DNA from: Octopus sinensis
Taxonomy: Eukaryota
Assembly (NCBI RefSeq): GCF_006345805.1
Contig: NW_021832747.1
Span: 1-31,915 of the forward strand
Direction: 5' to 3'
Length of the DNA: 31,915 nucleotides
The position numbers and the translations under genes are program-made. Positions within the stretch are counted from its first letter, which is position 1. Each line of letters begins with the position of its first letter. Below are positions 22,740 through 31,915 of this stretch, in pieces. The notes below the pieces were generated by a model. The model had not been told where the DNA came from. It saw only the letters and a program-made list of their open reading frames with translations, and did not search any database.

Positions 22740-23212
22740 TTATAGATGCACTCTCTTGTATGGTGCCTGACCAGAGAGAATCTATTGTTGATTCGAATCC
22801 ACTACTGTATAACATAACAGTGTTTGCCCTTCATTTTTCATGCCACATTTGCCGGCTTGTTTTTAATTACTCAATATATATTTTATGTGCAACACTAGTC
22901 CTCAATTTCATTTGCATGAAATAAATCTCGACTACTTCATTAACGTCAAAACGTCAACTGTGCAAATATGAGAAGTAAGCAATTCACTGCAGTGATAGAA
23001 TAATACATGACTGCTTTATATTACAGCTAAATATTCAATGTCATGGATTAAGCAACGAAAAAGCGGGCACGTCTTCTTCGAGGAGCACCAACGAACCGTC
23101 AAACAGCCCATCAGGAAACTCTCTCATGTTCTCCAGACATGAAAAGCATGAATTGCATGAGCTTATGTTCTTACTTACCTCTCAGCTTGTTTTCTAATAT
23201 ATATATAATATA

Positions 23213-23243
<31 letters not shown>

Positions 23244-23295
23244 GTGTTGTGGTGTGTGTGTGGGTGGTGTTATGTATATTATATATATATTATAT

Positions 23296-23849
23296 GTCAG
23301 GTCACTTTTGAGTGCTACTGGTAGCATGTAACCCAGTACAACCTGTTGCATGGTCGGGTCGTCGGCGACTAAACCGGCACCCCACCAAGCTTGCTTGGTG
23401 AGGAGGGTGTTTATTGGACACCCTGCAGGATGAAAAGCAAAACCCGTCAAAGGGCGGAGGAACTCTTGAGAGTCAACGGCCATCCAATAAATGTCTTAGG
23501 GCTGTATCATGCGCGGGGACATAGAAATAACCGGACTGAATACACGATCGCGCGATTAAACCATTGGGAGTGAAGGACTCCTAGCCTTTGTTAGTGCATC
23601 CTTCTAGGAGAAGGTAACTCGGGTAACTGGGATAACTCCGACATAAAACCTGCGGCTCAGTGGTTACCGATGATGTTGACTTGTTCTTCTTTTCGGATTA
23701 TGGCTGCTGTTTCTTAGTGAGTGAGATTGACTCAGTGCACAGCCTTTCCTCACTTTAGAAAAAAAATCTTCTTGCACAGGCATTGCACGATAACAACATT
23801 GATTAAGCTTCGTGCAATGGACATACTCGATAACGAGGGGGCAGCCACC
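23296..23849 (+). mobile_element. Probable non-autonomous RTE derivative (5' UTR fused to a 3' tail)
   Basis: GC-rich hairpin-rich island inside (TA)n; CTAGGAGAAGGTAACTC...AAAACC resembles RTE 5' UTRs; end ACTCGATAACGAGGGGGCAGCC resembles RTE 3' ends; no RT coding sequence between them. Confidence 0.55.
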
Positions 23850-23867
23850 ATATATATCATATGTATG

Positions 23868-23900
<33 letters not shown>

Positions 23901-23922
23901 ATATACATATATACATATATAT

Positions 23923-23961
<39 letters not shown>

Positions 23962-24559
23962 TATATATGTATATATGTATGTATATATGTATGTATTATG
24001 TATCTACATACCGTTTTCCTCTTGTATAAGTTGCGCTGACATATACGTGATTTTGAAGTGAAAAACTTGTGATTTATACACACACACGACTTGTACACGT
24101 GTAAATAACGTGTGTGTATGTGTGTGTGTGTGTATTATATATTTATATGCACATATATGCATACATATACACGCGCATTTATGCTATCACGGAACAAGTG
24201 TAGGTTTTTATATATATATATATATATTCAAATGTATAATAATGTATACACATATCTATATAACTACCAAGCTATCGCTATCTTATTAGTGTGTCTATCA
24301 GTTTGTGTATTGATGTTGGAGCAATAGACAAACAGACAGACATAGAGGTAAGTAGAAAAACGTGCCTAATCATTCGGAATCCCATCAGAGACAACTGTGT
24401 AATCTTCCAGAAGACATACATATTCATGGAGTATGTATTTAATGTACATAAATATTTATAGACATCAGTCTACAGAGGTGTGTAATTATGATCTTGTATG
24501 AATGAATGAATGCTCACATGTATGGATATCCGTATGTAAAAATGCGTATGAATAAGTAT

Positions 24560-24575
24560 ATATACATATATATAT

Positions 24576-24608
<33 letters not shown>

Positions 24609-24661
24609 TATAATATATATATATATAATATATATATATATATAGATATAGATAGATAGAT

Positions 24662-24693
<32 letters not shown>

Positions 24694-24814
24694 AGATAGG
24701 TAGATAGATAGATAGAAGATAGATAGATACATACATTACATAATACATACATACATAGATACATAGATACATAGATTGATAGATGGATGGATAGATAGAT
24801 AGATAGATAGATAT

Positions 24815-24848
<34 letters not shown>

Positions 24849-24850
24849 GC
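24560..24850. repeat. Compound (TA)n/(GATA)n/(TACA)n microsatellite
   Basis: Direct reading. Confidence 0.95.
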
Positions 24851-24966
24851 AGATTATATATGTATGTTGTATGGATTCTTCGTTGTATGTTCCCAGAATT
24901 GTGTGTTCATATATACCCATTCGAATAAATATTTAATACATACACTCACACGTACACACACGCAGA

Positions 24967-25022
<56 letters not shown>

Positions 25023-25270
25023 TATATATTATGTATGTATATATGTAGTTCTTGTATGTATGATATGTATGCTTGTATGTATGTATACTTATATAAATAT
25101 ATATATATATATTATATATATATGAATGAGTGGTTAAACACATATATATATATATATGCATATATAACTTACAAAATAAGGGCAAAAAGGAAAATTCTGA
25201 TGTCAAATAAGCCGAAAAAAAGACAAAATTGTCAATAACCATTATAATTTATGTGCATATATATATGTGT

Positions 25271-25307
<37 letters not shown>

Positions 25308-26409
25308 GAGACATGATGTATGTGTGTGCAGCGCATACATATCTATATATCTATATACATACATATGCATAATCGTGTACGCACAGATACATATCGGTCT
25401 GTATATGTATGTATATGCTTAGATATGTATGAATGTATAAATAGTGTCCAGCAATAAACAGAAATAATCAGATATGCATATACACATATACATACATATA
25501 TATATATATATATTTTTAATCATAAATCTGCATCTCAATCCCAAATATACATATAGACACTTACCTGTATGTACACACGCTCAAACGCACATCAATACGC
25601 ACTTACGCATAATATGCATACATCTACATACATACATACATACATACATACCATACATACATATATAATATATATATATATATATAATATATATATATAT
25701 ACATTATAGAATATATGCGTATGTGCGTAAATATATATGTATATATACCTACATACATAGATATACATATATATATATATATGTATCTATCGATCTATGT
25801 ATCTATATATGTATATATGGATATATATGGATATATAATACATATATATATATTTACCCCAAAATTTATATACATACATATATATATGACACTCGAACAC
25901 ACATATAAATATATATGCATACATAAGTATGTCCATCAATATATATAAATGTATGCATATATCTGCATATATGTGGATGTATATATATGTATATGTATGT
26001 GTTTATATGTACATATATATGCCTATACATTGATATACATGCACACACACACACACACACACATGTATATATATATATATACGTATATACATATAGATAT
26101 ATATACAAAACGAGTGATGGAGGGAGAGAGAGAAAGAGAAAAAGAGGAAGAAAAAGACAAACATAAAACATATGTTTTCACATCTTAATACAACTGTAAT
26201 AATATCTGATATGTGTTTCTACATTTTTCACACATCAGCGCCATTTTCCACGCATCATAACCTGATATCATTCTGTGGAATATGGTAAAAATGAAGGCAT
26301 GGCTCTAATAACAACTTACAGAATAATTGAGGCAAAGATTTTTGTAAATTATACACCATTTTATTTCTAGAAGTTACTTTCTTACAGAGAAAACTGAAAC
26401 ATAAAAATG

Positions 26410-26502
26410 CATACGATTTCGGTCGTCATCATAATCATCATCATCATTATGGTCGTTATCATCATCCCCTTAGTCATTATAATCATCTTCATCGTCATCA
26501 TT

Positions 26503-26551
<49 letters not shown>

Positions 26552-26572
26552 CCATCATCATCATCATCGTCA
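26410..26572. repeat. (ATC)n microsatellite
   Basis: Direct reading; source of the poly-I, poly-M and poly-D ORFs. Confidence 0.95.
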
Positions 26573-26929
26573 TTAGGAGAAACATTATGATCTTTGTTCG
26601 ACATTCTGTCTTTTCCATTTATCAAAGAAAATGTGAAAGCGAATCTATATTTATGTATGTATTTGGTGTGTGCACGTTTGTATGTGTGTGTGTGTGTGGT
26701 GTGTGTGAGAGAGAGATAGAGAGACACAGAGAGAGAGAGAGAGAGAGAGAGAAGGAAAGAGTCTATCTGTGTAACTATAAGATATCGAGTCTCTATCCCT
26801 TTCGTGAATATATCTATAAACTTGCATACTAACCGTACAAAACCAAATGTATATAAACATATTCATATGGTTATATGCGTATGTGCATGAACGAGTATAT
26901 ATGTGTGTATTTTTCTCAGTCCTCACCAT

Positions 26930-26971
<42 letters not shown>

Positions 26972-27209
26972 ATATATATATATATGAACATACAAAAACA
27001 CACAGACATATATATATATATATATATATATATCTATATATATATATAATTATTAATACCACTAGAGAAATAGCCACCAAGTGGATATTCCTCTTATTTA
27101 TATAGGTAATATAATTCACACTTATCGGACACTTTTTAAGCATGCTGGGCCATTGGTGTAAATTGATATTAATTAATAATATTAATTTCTACCCTCATTA
27201 TTTAACCTA

Positions 27210-27217
27210 TATCTATC

Positions 27218-27287
<70 letters not shown>

Positions 27288-27303
27288 AATCTCTCTCTCT
27301 CTC
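27210..27303. repeat. (TATC)n plus (CT)n microsatellite
   Basis: Direct reading. Confidence 0.95.
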
Positions 27304-27645
27304 CATATATATATATATATATATTTATATTATATAGAGGGCACTGTTACACATAGATGCTGCACGCTAGGAGGGACTTTTAAAGTCAAAACTACCAAAA
27401 TAAACAAATTGTACCGAATGCAATCTTCGAAGCGAGTCATCTAAAAACAGAATTTAGTTACATATCACCTGTGATTTCGCAATCATAGATATGTATATAT
27501 GTATGTATGTATGTAAGTATTATGTATGTATATACACAAGCAAGCACATAAATGCAAAGCAAGGTACTCGAATACCGAAGGTAGAGTTATATGCCTTTTT
27601 TGTTTTATCAAAGCTGCAAAAGCATGACAAAAGACAAAGATGTCA

Positions 27646-27713
27646 TTCCCTTTCGTCGGACAATTGTGATCAGTTTGTTGCAGTCTTGATCACAACCGTC
27701 CGACGAGCGGGAA
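27646..27713. ncRNA. Pre-miRNA-like hairpin
   Basis: 68-nt foldback with about 25 bp of stem (5+10+10), one 1x1 and one 2x2 mismatch, 12-nt loop containing UGU; lies in sequence not seen elsewhere in the window. Confidence 0.5.
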
Positions 27714-28059
27714 CGTGAGACTCTGAGTAACGGTATTTTGTGGTGTTTTTGCAGCTTTAATAAAAAATTTTAAAAAACATGTCTATGTGAGTGTGTCTGT
27801 TTGTCTGTCTGTCTTTCTCCACACACACTCACACACACACATTCTACTATCGGTAAGAAATTTGAGACTGAAACGAAATATGCATACTAACAATGACACA
27901 ACACATATATATATGCATACATCCATCCATACATACATACACACATACTTACTCACATACACACAGGCTTACATTTATATATACATACATTCATATTCAT
28001 ACGCAAACATACCTATGTACATTTAAACATACATACAATCATAGATACATATGTACATA

Positions 28060-28129
28060 TAGGCATACATACATACATACATGCATGCATACATACATAC
28101 ATGCATACATACATACATACATACATACA

Positions 28130-28160
<31 letters not shown>
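28060..28160. repeat. (TACA)n microsatellite
   Basis: Direct reading. Confidence 0.95.
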
Positions 28161-28161
<1 letters not shown>

Positions 28162-28208
28162 GACTCACCCCTAGATTGGAGTAGGGATATAATATCTTAT
28201 AGAGGAAA

Positions 28209-28427
28209 GGCGGCGAGCCGGCAGAAACGTTAGCACGCCGGGCGAAATGTTTAGCGGTATTTCATCTGTCTTTGTGTTCTGAGTTCAAATTCCGCCGAGG
28301 TCGACTTTGCCTTTCATCCTTCTGGCTCGATAAATTAAGTACCAGTTGCGTACTGGAGTCGATCTAATCAACTGGACCCACACCCAACCCCAAAGAAATT
28401 TCGGGGCTTGTGCCTAGAGTAGAAAAG
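28209..28427 (+). mobile_element. Full-length SINE family B (tail B2) with TSD
   Basis: B head and core; tail ...TTTCGGGGCTTGTGCCTAGAGTAGAAAAG; diverged 17-bp TSD AATATCTTAT(A/G)GAG(G/A)AA at 28191-28207 and 28428-28444. Confidence 0.9.
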
Positions 28428-29045
28428 AATATCTTATGGAGAAATTTATCTCACTGCATTCTTCGAGAAGGAAGGAAACATTACTACGTATGTCCTACAC
28501 AAAACATAAGGACTTAATTTTAGCTATTTAAAAATCAAAACCGACGTCCTAGCCACAGCATCGCCTCTTCTGAGAAAATGTCCTGGAGATATCATCTTTC
28601 CTCACGGTATGTTGTATTAACCAGGAAAAATCTGCAATAGAATAAGAAAGAGAGAAGTAACAAAAAGTTAAGATGAGTGTATTGAAGCCGTTAGGCCAAA
28701 AGAAATGTCGATGGAGCTTAAAAATATAAGCCCTGTTTAAATAGAAATATATATATATGAATATGAATATGAATATACAGACATGTACAACACGCACACA
28801 CATATATATGTATGTACATATATGTATGTGTGTATGTATCTATATATATCTGCAGATGTGTGTGTGTGTGTGTGTGTGTGAATTTGAATTCAAAGACAAT
28901 TGGGAACATTACCCATTCTAGAAATGTTGCTCTATTTTGTTCATCTTCGTTCATACCGTAATCAACAAATATTCGCGAAGGACAGGGTATAAAAACGTGA
29001 GTAAATTAAGCAATCCAACGTTGCCATATTACGGATGTGTGCATG

Positions 29046-29098
<53 letters not shown>

Positions 29099-29103
29099 GT
29101 ATG

Positions 29104-29137
<34 letters not shown>

Positions 29138-29138
29138 T

Positions 29139-29180
29139 ACTATCATTAAAGACCCGTCGTTGCCGGATCATAGTGCTAGT
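29139..29180. mobile_element. Helitron-like 3' terminus (hairpin plus CTAG)
   Basis: GACCCG-TCGTTGC-CGGATC hairpin, 10 nt to CTAG then T on the plus strand; mirror ATAG then T 11 nt away on the minus strand. Confidence 0.45.
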
Positions 29181-29899
29181 GCATGTATATATGTGTATAT
29201 ATATGTGTACATATTACATGTACATCTATATATATACATCTACACATAAAATACAAAATACAAAGTTATATCTTGATATCGCTAGTGATAACAATACTCA
29301 AAATATATAACAAACTGGAATTGTTAGCCCGTCTCTTGTAATTTCGATCAATTGTATCTTGTCCTCCCTCTTGTATAGAAGTGTGGCCTACCTCTACTTC
29401 GCGGGGGTGGGTGGGGGGCATTTTAAATTTATATCCCAGATATAAAGGTAAAAATAAAATATTTCCACTTTGCAAGTTCGAGTGGAGTACTCCCTTGCAC
29501 GCTCCGTTGACTCGAACCTTGCTTCTATTGTGGCGAATTTACCGCCTCTGATTAGATATCTTTCATAGTCGCACCAAGACACTTTTCGGAGGTGCTTACC
29601 TCCAAGTGTTCAAATCTTCTTTTTTCTCTACATTATATACTTTATAGAAAATAGTCTTTTCTTAAATTTAATTTTTTATTATCCATCTGGACTATTCCAT
29701 TTCTGCACGCTAATTTTATTTTTGATTTATTCCCATTCATGTGAAACCACTTATTCAAGTTCAAGTCATTGATGTAACTTTATACCAATTGCTATTTTTA
29801 CTTTTTTTTTTGTTACGATTATATTATACTTTAGTTTGATTTCAATTATTACTTACTACATATAATTCAATTGTTATTAATATTTTTTATTGTTAAAAT

Positions 29900-30127
29900 G
29901 AAAGTATCTGACATAAAATAGAGAAATAGTGGAGAAGATATGATATTGCTATGGGCTCGCTCTACGCAAGAAGTTGAACGTTTTTTTTTTACCATGAAAC
30001 TACATGGACCCTAAGTAAGACATGTGTAAAGTTTGAATGAAATTGGTTGTGTAGTTCTCAAGTTTTAGGGAAACACACAGACGGACAGACAGACACACAC
30101 ACATTCTCAGTTTTATATATATAAAGA
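29900..30127 (-). mobile_element. Non-autonomous Helitron-like 5' end
   Basis: Minus strand reads A then TCTTTATATATATAAAACTGAGAATGTGTG...GTCTGTCTGTCCGTC...AACCAATTTCATTCAAACTTTACACA, the TC start plus GTCY microsatellite typical of Helitron-N/DINE-like elements; lower boundary approximate. Confidence 0.6.
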
Positions 30128-30158
30128 TATATATATATATATATATATAGATATATAT

Positions 30159-30204
<46 letters not shown>

Positions 30205-30208
<4 letters not shown>

Positions 30209-30518
30209 ATAAAATTAGGGAGTAAATCCAAACTTACAGGGAAAAATTAGATTTAGGATTAAATCTAATTTTATAATATAAATAATATTATATTAAATTA
30301 GAGATAAAACCACTATTAGGCAAATCAAACAGTGAGTTTAATTTATTAATTTAAGTAATTCAAAAAAATTTTAACTTTAATTTAAATAATTTAATTGGAT
30401 TTTTATATTTTATATTTTATATTTTTTATATTTTTTAATTAATTTTATTTCTATGTATTGGCTTATGATTTTCACTGTTTGATTTGCCTAATAGTGGTTT
30501 TATCTCTAATTTAATATA
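30205..30518. repeat. AT-rich element with a perfect 47-bp inverted repeat and a 13-bp hairpin
   Basis: Arms 30289-30335 and 30472-30518 are exact reverse complements; hairpin at 30243-30272 with GGAT loop. Confidence 0.85.
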
Positions 30519-30973
30519 GACAGGAGTAATGTTTATCACCACTTCAAAATACTTGTACTACGGAAACAGACGTTATTACTATTTTTGATCCCAAGAGGAC
30601 GCCTCCTCCATCTGGTTATTGATGCAATCTGCATTCAATGGCAAGCAGGGTATTTAACCACAACCACTTTTTTATGTATTGCTAGCTGGATAAAACTACT
30701 GCTATCTCTAGCGGATGTGTGTCCACCAGTGAAGAACCGGACGGAATGGTTGTCCTGTCGCCATCCCGAGAAGATGGCAGGGTTTGTTCCACTGCTTGCA
30801 ATATATATATATATCGGGTGCAGATTGCCTCCTTAACAAGCTGGAAGAGGCTTTAAGAATGATAGTAACATCCGTTCCTATGGAACAGCCATGTTCAAGT
30901 GACAATAGACATTACTTCTTATTACAGTTACTAAATTTATCGCTTATAGAGGTTTTTTAACCAGCTACTTTGG

Positions 30974-30974
<1 letters not shown>

Positions 30975-31046
<72 letters not shown>

Positions 31047-31061
31047 GGATAGATAGATAGA
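30975..31061. repeat. (GATA)n microsatellite
   Basis: Direct reading. Confidence 0.95.
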
Positions 31062-31714
31062 AAATAAATACATTCATATATACTTATGTATGCATGTATA
31101 AGCGTATGCACGGTATATATATATGGATATATTTAAATGTGTAAATATATATATATATACACATATATATATATATGTCACGCGCGCACGCACACACATA
31201 TGTCAATGTATATATATATATATATATATATACATATATAAATAAAACATATGCATATATACATACATATATGTACGTACCTACCTCTACATATATATAT
31301 ACATGCATATATGGGTACAGGACACCAAAAAACCGTCGAACACAATGAGAAACGAAAACATAAACACAAAACCGAGGAAATGGACATTTTTTTAAACAAC
31401 GAAAAAATAGAGTACAGGACACACAAACAAGGAAAATTCCCCTTCTTCTGTCGCCTTAATTTCATCTACTCCACGTTTCGAAGGTCAATTTATTTATATA
31501 TGACTGAACGCACGCATCTATTTCTAAGTAAGATTGTTCTTAATATATTATATATACAGTCATATATCCACACACGCACATGTATATCTAACTTTTACTT
31601 GATTTATGTATGTATATATGTATGTATGTATGTAGGTGCGTGTATGCGTCTCCTTGTGTCTGTATTTCTCCATCCACCCACTACTTGATAACTTTTGTTG
31701 GTATGATAAACTCC

Positions 31715-31848
31715 CGGAGCTTAGCGATTCAGCAACAAAATGCCGATAGTTTAAGAGACAGACTTAAAAGGCAAAAATAATTCATTCAAATAAAATTCTT
31801 GAAGGCGATATACCAGCTAGCTGCAGAGACCAATGACTGAAACAATTA
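31715..31848 (+). mobile_element. Old degenerate SINE family A 3' tail
   Basis: CTTAGCGATTCAGCAA...GAAGGCG.TA..CCAGC...GCAG..CAATGACTGAAAC. Confidence 0.6.
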
Positions 31849-31850
31849 CA

Positions 31851-31887
<37 letters not shown>

Positions 31888-31915
31888 AAGGAGCTTCTAC
31901 AGGACTAGAACTGTT

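Noticed and set aside
23027-23142. Possible exon after a TTACAG acceptor (KYSMSWIKQRKSGHVFFEEH...)
   Set aside because: Two frames are open, there is no donor and no recognisable homology
29394-29582. 62-aa minus-strand ORF (SWCDYERYLIRGGKF...)
   Set aside because: Non-ATG start, no family match recognised, no supporting splice sites
30585-30905. GC-richer island with overlapping short ORFs
   Set aside because: No domain recognised in any frame
31473-31504. Half hammerhead-like motif on the minus strand (GTCA...TGAC stem, then TCGAAACGT)
   Set aside because: The CUGANGA half and stem I are missing and the cleavage-site base is G; at most a decayed Penelope-like terminus
2885-31688. Dozens of 60-210 aa ORFs rich in YI, CV, HT, YLSI or poly-I/M/D
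   Set aside because: They are translations of (TA)n, (TG)n, (TATC)n and (ATC)n microsatellites, which lack stop codons in most frames
1-31915. CRISPR arrays, rRNA genes, prokaryotic operons
   Set aside because: No regularly spaced repeat-spacer array, rRNA-like sequence or dense coding; the recurring sequences are dispersed SINEs

Overview
Eukaryotic, AT-rich, microsatellite-saturated non-coding DNA (intergenic or a large intron). The SINE families and the microsatellite load resemble an octopus/coleoid cephalopod genome; this is recognition from memory, not a database result. No host protein-coding gene can be confidently called, and almost all ORFs in the supplied track are microsatellite translation artefacts. 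The window holds: many copies of at least three tRNA-derived SINE groups (called A, B and C here) with visibly swapped heads and tails; a decayed ~3 kb RLE-type (Dong/R4-like) non-LTR retrotransposon on the minus strand; RTE-clade LINE remnants, one with three degenerate C2H2 fingers and one apparently a 5'+3' bipartite derivative; a hAT/Charlie-like MITE with a nested SINE; a MITE with perfect 29-bp TIRs, a 5-bp TSD and an internal TTAGGG-like array; Helitron-like termini; and Penelope-like terminal fragments with covarying minimal hammerhead-like motifs. The most interesting non-TE signal is a pre-miRNA-like hairpin at 27646-27713 nested in a larger foldback.
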